This document shows positions 1 to 12,500 of a DNA stretch of 64,000 nt, one piece after another (position 1 is the stretch's first letter; every line of letters begins with the position of its first letter). A model generated the notes under the pieces. The model searched no databases, was not told the DNA's origin, and saw only the letters and a program-made list of their open reading frames with translations. The stretch covers positions 98,314,535-98,378,534 of the forward strand of contig NC_068984.1 of the NCBI RefSeq assembly GCF_001194135.2, given 5' to 3'. The translations under genes and the position numbers were made by a program. This stretch comes from Octopus bimaculoides (taxonomy: Eukaryota).

Positions 1-41
1 ATGTAAGTGTGTGAGAGAAAGAAAGAGAAATGTTTACTTAC

Positions 42-166
42 TTGTTATCAGGTGTGAAGGTAGGAGCCATATCAACTGCTGTTACTGAATCACTGAATAT
101 GAAATTGTCTTTTGGTTGAACAGAGATGACATTAGCTGAGGGTGGAGGACAATTCCAGAGAATTAC
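42..166 (-). CDS. ELP2: ELP2 exon 18 ([10 protein letters not shown]...[18 protein letters not shown])
   Basis: Acceptor atatttag, donor CAA|gtaagt; continues RDKK-V..W and has the VTAV...P motif; 125 nt, ends phase 2, so the gene continues beyond base 1. Confidence 0.9.
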
Positions 167-3100
167 CTAAATATATAGAACAGACATGTCACTGGAATTA
201 CATCACATTCAGGTGACAGATATTGTGTTATGTACCATATATACGTGTGTATAGCATCTGAATATAATTGAAATACAGAGACGGAGAGAATTACTGTGAC
301 ATTTCCTGATCAGAGCTAAAGGTCAAATGGGTAATCAATACTACTGAACATTATTTGGAAACTGCACTGATTATTCCCAACATCTCAGTAAACTGAGGTG
401 ATGTAGAATAAAAGTGACCTGCTAACAAACACTATGAAACACCATCAAGCAGATTTGAAATTATAATCATTATCAATGTTTTAGCAGTTTTCTATACCGA
501 CACAGGTTGGATTGGTCTACCATACACTATATTTCTACTTGTCTTGGTCTTTTGTCATTTCATTTGTGATGCTCAGCATTCTTAGACCTGATTGTATTAA
601 GTCTTCTCTCAGAGAGAGCACAACAATTTTTCACCCCCACAATATTTGTCCATACATGTCATGCATCTGTACAATTCAAATTATCTCCCCAGCACACATT
701 AACTTTTATCTTTGATACCCAGTTTCTGTTTCTTTCAGCTCACATGCATTCAAAATTTATACAACAGTTTATAATCATCCTATTTCAGTCCCTAATCCTA
801 ATAATTCCCTTGTTCAACACTCCATGTTTTACAACCAGGTTGCATCACACTTCACATCTGCTTCTATCTTTAAGCCTGAGTCAGTCTCTCTCACTGCTCA
901 TGTATTCCCCATCTCACAGCCATGCTTATGTTATACATTCAGCAGCTCATGTTTGTCCCATTTCACTTCAATTTCTAAAGACCTTATTTAATCTTCATTT
1001 TCAATTCATCTAAGAGAGAAAAACATTTTGTTGCCAACAGAAGCAACAGCTGCTGGTAGTACATCCTCAACCTCTACTATAATTTTGCTTCAAACATCAA
1101 TCATCCATACAATATAAAATAATTCTGTTAAGGAGAAACACAAAGTCTGGTTGGAAAAAAATTTGGTGTAAAATTAAAGATATCACAACTTTTAACAGAC
1201 TACTTTCAAATTTTGGCAGAAGGTCAGCAATTTCAAGGAGAGGATAAGTCGATTACATCAACCCCAGAGTTCAGCTGGTACTTATTTAACTCATCCCAAA
1301 GGGATGAAAAGCAAAGTTGACTTTGGTGAGAATTTGAAATGCCACTAAGCATTTTGCACAGCGTGCTACGTTCACATCTTTTAACATATTGATAATTCAT
1401 CACCATCTTCCAACTAATCTAAATGACCAATCACATTAATATCTCTGATTTATGAATGTCAAGAAATGTTCTGTTCATTGCTCTAACAAGAAAAAGAGAA
1501 ATAAATATCAGCATAAGTTGCTTAGCAGGATGGAGGTGATTTATCAAGGGGGAAATATAAACACCAAATTTCAAAGTAAAAGTAATTACTATTATGTGCT
1601 GCATATGTCCTTCTTTCAGATATTTTTGCTATTTTGATTGCCATCAGATAGTATCAACATTCAATGGCGATATATATGCCATGTGTTTTCTATCGGATGT
1701 TTCTATCAACCTTTTATTCCTACCAAAATCATATTTGACTAGTTTTGATGTGGTTATTCAGAGAAATAGTGATCACATTGGCAGTCTCATACAAAACCAG
1801 CACTCCTTAAATATCTTGATTATTTCAGTCAGAGAAGGAACTTCTAGGTGGCAGCTCAATTTGCAAGAAATAGTACTCAAATTTCCCTCAAGTTCCGCTC
1901 TTTTATTATCAAAACAATGAAGGAATATTGGATAATGTTGCTGGAAAAAGCAGGATGGTCACAACTGGAATACCTTTGACCATAGATCTGCACAGTCAGG
2001 GTTGACTGGGAGGCTAAACAATAATCTTGGTTATTTATTGTTGAGACAAATATCAACCTCAGTATCATTACAATATCTGTTTTTCAGGGCTGGTATGGAC
2101 TGACATAAAGTCACTTTAACTGATTGAATATCCCCTCATTTGTGAGGCCAAACATTCTGAAGTCTAACTGCCACCGTAGAGTCTCAGGTCTTCCTTCTAT
2201 TTTATCTACCTTGAGTATGCCATTCCTCTTGAAATACATGGGAGAACTACTTGGGGATGGTCATATATTGCCAATTAAACACATGCACTATATATTTGGT
2301 CTTCACTTCAGCTGTATTATTACTGAGGTGAAGACCAAATATATAGTGTGTGTTTTTAATCATAAAACTGGAGTGAAGACCAAATATATAGTGCAGGTGA
2401 TTAATTGCAAAATATGTCTATCTCTAAGTATAACAATATCTGTTTCAACACACAATTTCACATCAAAAATCTTGCAAAACAAATACATAAATGGATATAC
2501 TTGAAACTTTCTTTTATTTCACCCAACACTTGGCAGTATAAATGCCTCTTTAAGGGACTTTTATCTCCAGATAACATTCCTCTCAGACTGTCTAACGTTA
2601 CCTCTTCTATCATAATATCTAGATGGAAATGAGATTGTGTAGAAGATAGGATAATGACTGAAAGGCACTAAAATAAAATAAATGTTTCCTGAACAAGATG
2701 CCAGTCTATGACAGGTAATATGATATGATTTGCTACCTGTTCGTGGATGGTAGTCAAGTGAACTGAGGGAATAGAATGTATTGTCCCAGAGAAACTAAAA
2801 TGAGAGATATCATTTCTCTGTAACTGCAAGGTGAACTGAAGTTACGTAAAAGAAAAAGTATTGTCCAAGACATAGAAACTGAGATAAATCATCACTTTAA
2901 TATGATGCTTGTCTACCACTATAAAAAAAAAATGAAACTATAAAAAAAAAAAAATGAAACTATCAAAAAAAAAAGACAATCAATCCTTGAGGAATTATAC
3001 ATTTGGACGTTACTGCTAGAGAATATGAGAGTTGTAGCAAATTTTGTTGATATGGTGATATGGAATGTGGAGAATTTACAGAGAGTGAAGAGACTTCAAG

Positions 3101-5050
3101 GAGAGTGAGGTTTTTGGTGGTACCTATTCCCTTGTGACAGCCAAGTGAACCGAGGTTACGTGAAAGAAAAACTGAAACATCTTCAGAAGTTTGAACTTCT
3201 GAACAGATAGCCCAATATCCTGTCCACTCAGCCACTTCATCAACTCATGGCTCTCTTTACATTTTACCAATGAATAAATAAATAAAATTAGACACTCACT
3301 TTCTTATCCCGAGATGCTGTGGCAAAATAGGCATTGTCATGTGACCAACAACATGACCAAATTATGCGAGAATGGGCTGAAGTCTTTTTGTCAACAGAGG
3401 CAATTTTCTTAAATGGAATATCTGAGAGAGAGAGAGAGAGAAAATATATAAAGCTGTCAAGAAAAGACAATGAATCCATGAGGAATTATACATTTAGACA
3501 TTATTGGTAGGGAACATGAGAGTTGTGGCAAGCTTTGCTGACATGGGATGTGGAGAATTTTCAGGGAGAGTTGGCTAACTTCAATGGGAGAAACTATATA
3601 GCAGGTTTTCAAGAACTTAAGATGTGGTGAGGAATCCCAGAGGGAGACGAAATGCTTTATAGGAAATGGGAGGGGAGGAGACAATATCATAGATCAAGAT
3701 ATTTTAGAGGGTGGGGAATTTTCAAGGGGGTGGGGGAAATAGTTGTAATACTTCCAAGAAGACCTGCTTGAGACACACTACATAAACATCAATAATACTG
3801 ACAGCAGGAGTACTACCTATAACACAAATTGTGACACAGTAATAATGTAATGTATGCAGTAACCACTGGAATGTGTGCATGTACATGTAAAAGCATCGGC
3901 TCTTGTGCGGGTGACACATGAAATGCCTTGAGCAAGACGGGATCGTTGCCAGTGCCCCTGGACTGGCTTGTGTGCGGGCGACACATGAAGTCTTTCGAGC
4001 GGGATCGTTGCCAGTGCCACTGGATTGGCTCATGTGCGGGCGACACATGAAATCTTCCGAGCGGGATCATTGCCGGTGCCCCTGGGCTGGCTCTTGTGCG
4101 GGTGACACATGAGGTTTTTCAAGCGAGATCGTTGCCAGTGCCCCTGGATTGGCTCATGTGCGGGCGACACATNNNNNNNNNNNNNNNNNNNNNNNNNNNN
4201 NNNNNNNNNNNNNNNNNNNNNNNNNNNNNNNNNNNNNNNNNNNNNNNNNNNNNNNNNNNNNNNNNNNNNNNNNNNNNNNNNNNNNNNNNNNNNNNNNNNN
4301 NNNNNNNNNNNNNNNNNNNNNNNNNNNNNNNNNNNNNNNNNNNNNNNNNNNNNNNNNNNNNNNNNNNNNNNNNNNNNNNNNNNNNNNNNNNNNNNNNNNN
4401 NNNNNNNNNNNNNNNNNNNNNNNNNNNNNNNNNNNNNNNNNNNNNNNNNNNNNNNNNNNNNNNNNNNNNNNNNNNNNNNNNNNNNNNNNNNNNNNNNNNN
4501 NNNNNNNNNNNNNNNNNNNNNNNNNNNNNNNNNNNNNNNNNNNNNNNNNNNNNNNNNNNNNNNNNNNNNNNNNNNNNNNNNNNNNNNNNNNNNNNNNNNN
4601 NNNNNNNNNNNNNNNNNNNNNNNNNNNNNNNNNNNNNNNNNNNNNNNNNNNNNNNNNNNNNNNNNNNNNNNNNNNNNNNNNNNNNNNNNNNNNNNNNNNN
4701 NNNNNNNNNNNNNNNNNNNNNNNNNNNNNNNNNNNNNNNNNNNNNNNNNNNNNNNNNNNNNTATACCGTCTGACTGGCCTTTGTAGGGTTTTCGAGCAAG
4801 ATCGTTGCCAGTGCCCCTGGACTGGCTCTTGTGCGGGTGGCACATAAAAGACACCATTTCGAGCGTGGCCGTTTTCGTGCGGGTGACACGTAAAAGCACC
4901 CACTACACTCTCTGAGTGGTTGGCGTTAGGAAGGGCATCCAGTTGTAGAAACTCTGCCAAATTAGATTGGAGCCTGGTGTTGCCATCCGGTTTCACCAGT
5001 CCTCAGTCAAATCGTCCAACTTATGCTAGCATAGAAGGCGGACGTTAAAC

Positions 5051-5083
<33 letters not shown>

Positions 5084-6432
5084 ATATATATATATATATA
5101 TATATATATCATCATCACTTAACCTCCTCCTTCCATACTGGCATGGGTTGGATGGTTTAAGAAACCAGAACACTGTGTTAGCATGGATTAGATGAATACA
5201 TATTACTGATGCATTGTTTTTTTTTTTTAAAACAAGGTGCCCTAACCTCTACTTGTTATTCAAGTAAAGGATCTTTCATTCCACTTGTCTTCAAATGTGC
5301 AAAGTTAACAGGTGATTTGTTGACAAGGAATTATCGACAGTGTAGCTCAAAACTTTTTCATATTTTAATATATATATACACTAGCAGTTTCACCCAGCAT
5401 TGCCCAAGATTAAGTTAGGATTATTAAGCTAATCAAGAGCTTTGTTTCAAACCAAACTAAGTTACACCAACGTCAAATTTCAGCGAAATCCATTGAAATT
5501 GGTAAACGTTTGGCTGAGAATGGGTTGCAGACAATTTGATTGGGAAATCCCATAAGGAATTGGTTTATTGATTTTTCTACTCATCGATTGTTTTTTTTTT
5601 TTCTTGTTTTTGGAGAATTTACAGCATTCAAAGATTCCATAAGTTCTAAGCAACGCCAGCATAAAGTTTGAACAAAATATGTCAAAATTGGTAAAAGTTA
5701 TTGTTGAAAATGGGGTGTAACCAATTTTAGTGGGAAATCCTATCAGGAATCAATTTATCGATTTTTCATCCTGATTGAATGGAAAACCCTATAAGGAATC
5801 AGTTTATTGATTTTTCACCCCAAAAAGGAACTATCCGATCACAACATTGCTGATTCAAAAAAATTATATTTATACTTTAAAGTTAGTTTTCACACCCAAC
5901 CCAGTTCTGCAGAATCAGTGTCATGACGGGAACGCATGGGTTGGGAGTTTGACCAGCAGAAGTGATTAGGTTGCACATGCCGGCCCTTTCGAACCCCCCA
6001 TCATCATCTAACCCCATCAAAGCATGGTCTCACTGGGAACTGCGATCTGTGGAAGTTAAGCAGCATGTCTGACCCCGAGGGATAAAGGTGCATCCTTGAA
6101 ATGAAAACATTTTCCCCTCTCCCGCACCCCGTAACAATGGTGGCCTCAATAAAGTGGGGCGTCAGGGACTTGATTACCAAGCAGGTCCCGTTGCACTGTC
6201 TAGGCGGATAAAGCGTGTGCTCTTTATCCCATTTGAGTTTTATTGAATGATTGTGTAAAATTTTCTTAACATTAGGATATATTCTAAGTCTACACATACA
6301 AACACAAACATTTGTTTTTTTGATGTGGAAACGTACATTTTGTTTGATGTCAACATAAAGTGTAAGAGAGAGAAAATGACAGGGACGTGCGTATATGTTG
6401 ACAATGGGGTGCGAGATAGAAAGTGTGAGTTT

Positions 6433-6512
<80 letters not shown>

Positions 6513-9500
6513 GTGTATTGATGTGTGTGAGGGAGAGGGAGAGTGACAGCATATATTTTGAAATTTATTTTTCGTTTTTGCCATTGCAAGAAGGGGACTT
6601 AACTCATGTTAGCAAACTTACAGTTTTCACTGACGTTCAAAATAGGTAAAAGTTATGGTTGAAAATCGATTTTTACCACAATCCGCGGGTGTCCCAGGAA
6701 AAATAGGTTGACAAAAGTACAGCCATGGTCATGACCAATGTCCTCCTAAAATTGGAGCGACATGCGTGCTAATCTGTGGACGTGCATAAATTACATTCAT
6801 GTACACACACACATCCTGCCTTTTGTAGATATATATATAGACACACGTACACACAGCAATAAAAATAACTACACAAACAAAATCAATTGCAACAAAAATT
6901 CAAATAACATTAAAAAAGACATTACAAAAATCAAAAAAGTGTGAAAAAAAACCCCAACTAACCATGGTCCACTGCATGTCTAAAAAGTGTCCAGGTACGG
7001 TCCCTGGACACAGACAGAAGATGTTGACCATCATATGAAAAAGCCAGTTGAGTGACCGTCAATGATGGGCCTTCAAGGACACCAAGTTGTTTCCAGTTTG
7101 AACAATTCCATAAGATAATTCCTGCAAATTCACTTTTGGAAGCCTGAAAATGAGAAATAGAGAAAACAGTCATAATCTGTAAAATTACAGAGTCTTCAAT
7201 ATCACAGACTGTTAGCTGGTAGATTTGATATAACATCTGGTTTAATACCATTACATAGCTCTTGGATACCTTTGGTAGAATTCATTCTGTTGATAGAATT
7301 TGAACCAGGTTTCTAATCTGATGATATCTTGATAATATTTTACTCTGCTTCCTATTGCAACAACTCTGAATTGTGGTTTACTCCTCTAGTTTTGGGAAAT
7401 TTTGCAATGATCATTGGATAAACTGAGAGATTTTGTAAAGGCTATCAGTAAACTGGAAAATCTTGTGAAGGTCATTGGTAAATGAAAAAAAAAAATTCAG
7501 TATAGCAAGAGTAAACATGAGAAATTAAAGATGCCTTTACGAAATTATTCGACCTGCCAGAAATAGCAGACAAATCTCCTTTAAATTATATCTAACAAAA
7601 AAGAAGAAAAAGAATGAACACATTGGATAAGGAAGTCCTAGATATACTGTCTGAATAAAAAGACAGACTGGTTATAGTTGGAACATCTTGTATTTACAAC
7701 ATTCGGTGTGGACCAGGGCTAAATGATAGTTACAAACCAATAGGGGAACTCATATATAGTTACTGAAGCAGCTAGAAATAGCAGTTGATTTTTTTTAAAA
7801 CTCAAGCCCTACATACCAAGTACTCAGATACACACACATAAGCATATATAGATTTACACCACACACACATACCTACTGATCCTCCTTTCTTTCACATATA
7901 ATTAGAAGTGAAGCAACAAAACAACTATCCTTACTTTACAAGCTGAAGCAAGTATTTCTCCTCTAGGATCAGCTGCTACTGCAAAGATCTCATAACCATG
8001 TCCATATAACTTTTGTGTTTCAGGCCACAGTGTGTTCTGTAGTAAATGTTCTTCTGTAGGTGGCTCTGAAGATAAAGATAATTTTATTGACATAATGACC
8101 ACAAATATCTTTGTAATAACTATATGCACCACAGTGGCATCTTTATTGACATAACACTAACAATAGGACCAATGCTGGGGTACAAAGGTGCAGGACAATA
8201 ACCACAGACTCGGGAGCTCTAGATTGCATTAAAAATAAAACCAACCATTCAACTCAGTCGAAAGTTTCCAATGACCAACACACTACTTACACTAGTATGC
8301 TTCTTTATAACTGTTACTATATTTCCTGCTTCTCTGAACCAGTAAACTTTATAATATCCTTGCTCAAACTAATACATATTACTGTATTGTGGTTTGTAGA
8401 GTATAAGGAAGAGTGTTTGGATTCAAAATCCCTATTGTTGTAAAAGAGTTGCAATGAAAAGGAAAACAAAAGTTTTACTTACAGGGCAGAATGAGAAGTA
8501 TGACAGGACATAGCGAAGTGACACTGGGATTGGTTGTACAGGAGGTGAGAATTATGTGGTTGGGTGTGTAAAGTTGACCGTCAAGAGGGCAGAGGTGAGC
8601 TGGGAGAATGGTTGGAGATTAAATATTCACAGATCTGTACAGGAGAGGTTGGTGTTAGGAAGGGCATTCTGCTATAGAAATATTACCAAAACTGTCACAC
8701 AGAAGCAAGAAGTTGTACTTTGATCTGTCTCGGAGGCTGCAACTCCAATAAGAACTGACTCAGCTTCCTTCGAAATATCCAATCCAAACCAGCATAGAAA
8801 ACAGACATAAAATAATGGTGATATATATAAGCGAGATAGCATTGGATTCTCCTATTCAACTCACTCCATCACCTTCACTCTATTCCTTTCTCTTTCTCAC
8901 TAAGCCCTTACACTATTCTTTTCCTTGTACCTTCCATTCCTTCCTCTCACAGCAATAAATCTGTCCCTCCTATCATATTTCTCTCAACACTCAACCAAAA
9001 GTCATAATTCTTTCTTCTAGTTTCCATTGTGGGGACTATTTAGTCTTACCAGTTACAAGACGACCTCACAAGTGCTGGTGTCACTCAGTACACTCTGTAA
9101 AGTGGTTGGTAAACTGAGCTGAGATAGCAGAGAATTGACAGGACATTTTGTCTTAGTAAGGCCAAGACAATCTCCTAAGTGGTGGTTCCATGAAAAAATG
9201 CACCCAGTACATACTATAAAGTTGGTGATAAGAAGAGCATTCAGTTGTAGAAATTATGCTACATCTGAGACATTGGAGCAAGACATGGTCCTCTGACCTG
9301 TCAGATACTGTTCAACTGTTCAACCTATGCCAGCATGGAAAGCAAACATACAACGATGATGATGATGATGATGATGATACTCACGCAATCACTCTCTCTC
9401 TCTCTCACATACACACACACACACACATGAATACAATGATCATCATCACCTTTTATGTCCACTTATTCCATGCTGGAAAAAGTAGACAGGTAGTGGGTTG

Positions 9501-12500
9501 GACCAGATATATTGAAGCAATGTTCTACAACCAGATACCCTTCCTGTTACTAACCCATACCATTTTTTGAAGAAAGGTATTATTATTATATCTCCATAGC
9601 TATGTATATATGTGAATGTGTTTTGAACAAGAACCTAGTAAATTTACTACATTTGAAAAAATATACCTTGCAATATACCTGATAAGAATTTAGAAGCCTC
9701 AAGAGAAATGAAATAATTTTCTTTGATATCCTGAAGTTCTTTTTTATCCAATATTTACATGCTTTAGTAAGTTGGTGAGCTGGCAGAATTGTTAGCATGC
9801 CGGACAAAATGCTTAGCGGCATTTCATCCATCTTTACATTCTGAGTTCAAATTTCTCAAAGGTCAACTTTGCCTTTCATCCTTTCAGGATCGATAAATTA
9901 AGTACCAGTGAAACACTGGGGTCGATGTAATCGACTTGTCTCCTACTCTAAAATTCTTGTAAAGAACTTTCACTTTAGTTTTTTTCCTCACAGGTAAATA
10001 ATTAGGAAAATAAAGTCAGTAACAATGACGATGATGATGATGATTAATCTAAGCATAATCTACCAACCGTGAAGTGTCACTGGAGAAAAATAAACCTCAG
10101 GGTATTGCTCGTTGGGATGGGCCTCGACCTCCTCTTCAGCAGTTTTCTCATTGCAATAGACAGCTTTATTGGAGAGGCCAAGGGCTGGAACACTGGCTCC
10201 TTGTGGCACAGAAGAAATTTCCTGAAAAGATCCACACAAAAGATGAACTTTTATTGTTATAGATCACAGAATCTTGAAATATAAAGCCTCCTTTTGATAT
10301 CAAAATGTTTGAGACCATCCTTGGTTCTATGACAAAAACTTCACATTTTCAAGTCATGTAAATTAAAATTTTGCATCAAAATTTCACATTAATTATGTTC
10401 TAAGCTTCTGATTAATAATAACAAAGTTATTTTTATTAAATTTATCATTACTTTGAAAATTAAATGAAAGAAAGGCAGAATATTTCAATGAAAGTCTAGC
10501 AACAAAAAGGTTAATTTCTAGCTGTTAATCAAGGCCGACCAAGGGCTAAACGATGACTAGCTATAAAAATAGCATTACTACATCTGATACTCACAGACCA
10601 GTAGAACTTTGAGGTTACTAGGCTTGCAAGAAGCAGCAGCCTAATTTCCCTCTAATCACACTCTTAAAAGTGAAAGAACATATTGGATAATGTTGTCTTA
10701 GATATATTAGACTTGAAAAATAAAAGCTATGCTCCGGTTAAACTGCTGGAGCAGGGCTGTGCTAGTGCTTAACTATTAGACCAGGGATGACTTAGATCCA
10801 AATAACTTCACTGACTGCAGAAGAACACAAAATACCATCGAATGTGAGACAATATTTACCTTATTTTTCAATTCCACTTCGATGTCCAATTTGCTAATAT
10901 TGCAAAAATTCTCAATAAAATTCTTTGGTGCATGAAACACCCTTAACACTTTCTCATCTGCACCACTGACAAACTTGTAACGATGTAGAGCAGCAAGACA
11001 TTGTATATCATAGCCATGTACTTGAGGACGGGCAACTTCATACCATGTTGGTCGCTGCAGAAGAAATGGTTTCAAGAAAGACTTAAATTTTACAAAAGAA
11101 CATGATTTACAGTCATCATCGTCGTCGTTTAACGTCTACTTTCCATTCGGAATGGGTTGGATGGTTTGACTGAGGACTGGCAAGCCAGAAGGCTGCACCA
11201 AGCTCCAATCTGATCTGGCAAAGTTTCTACAGCTGGATGCCCTTCCTAATGCCAACCACTCCAAGAGTATAGTGGGTGCTTTTNNNNNNNNNNAGTTTCT
11301 ACAGCTGGATGCCCTTCCTAATGCCAACCACTCCAAGAGTATAGTGGGTGCTTTTACATGTCACTGGCACGAGGGCCAGTCAGGTGGTTCTGGCAATGAC
11401 CATGCTCAAAAGGTGTTTTTTATGTACTATCTGCACGGAAGCCAGTCCGGCGGCACTGGCAATGACCACATTCGAATGTTGTTTTTCACATGCCAGCGAC
11501 ACATGTGCCAGTAAGGCAACACTGGCAACGATCACACTTGAATGGTGCTTTTTACGTGCCACTGGCCACATCAGCAATTTGGATTTTGATTTCACTTGCC
11601 TCAACAGGTCTTCGCAAGCAAAGTTTATTGTCTAATGAATGAGGGGTACTCATACGTGGGCTGGTTACACCCACTGGCATAGGCCATGGGTTGTGGTCTC
11701 ACTTGACTTGTCAGGTCTTCTCAAGCACAGCATATCTTCAAAGGTTTTGGTCACTAGTCATTGCCTCAGTAAGGCCTAATGTTCCAAGGTTGTGCTTCAC
11801 CACCTCATCCCAGGTCTTCCTGGGTCTACCTCTTCCACAGGTTCCCTCAACTGCTAGGGTATGACACTTTTTCACACAGTTGTCCTCATTCATTTGCAAC
11901 ACATGACCATACCAGCGCAGTCATCTCTCTTGCACACCACATCTGATGCTTCTTAAATCCAACTTTTCTCTCAGGGCGCTTACACTCTGTCGTGTATGCA
12001 CACTGACATTTCACATCCAGCAGATGAAGATAAATGTTGAATCAAACACAAAAATACTAAATATTTATATTATTGATATCTTCAGTATCACCATCTTTTA
12101 TTAATAATGTATCTGATATCAATATCTGCCTCTGATGTCTACAGTGATACTGACCACAGATAGAAGCATCAGTGATATCCAACCAGACAGCAGTGATATC
12201 TTGATATGAAACAACAAAAAGTTTGTCCTTACCTGTAGGGTATCTGTCACCCAAGGGGCATGAAGTCTACAGGTTTGATCCAAGCTGACACTAAGCAAGT
12301 AACTCCCATCAAATGGATCCCAAGCAATATCATCAACAGCCTTGAAATGTCCACCTCCTGTTACAGCTGGTTCCCAACATAGCTTCTCCTGATAATAGTA
12401 ACCATAGAGATCACAAAGAGTATAGCATGCCAGACATTACAGTAATTATTCATCAAGAAAACAGGGTAAAGCAGCCAACATAAAACTGTACAAGAGATTC

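Noticed and set aside
1600-1920. Faint Tc1/maT-like transposase C-terminus on the minus strand
   Set aside because: It is too decayed, with only a PPRSS-like trace, to call with confidence.
3895-4172. CRISPR-like regular repeats
   Set aside because: The units are contiguous 62-bp tandem repeats with no unique spacers, match the LINE 3' UTR, and lie in an intron of a eukaryotic gene with no cas genes.
4030-4996. Long ORFs of 225-289 aa, and the 294-335 aa ORFs at 59641-60648
   Set aside because: They are artefacts of translating through N gaps.
9773-9860. tRNA gene
   Set aside because: A- and B-box-like motifs are present but run into SINE body sequence and I could not fold a cloverleaf; treated as a SINE head.
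11223-11354. Exact ~60-bp direct duplication
   Set aside because: The copies sit on either side of a 10-N gap, typical of an unmerged contig overlap rather than a biological duplication.
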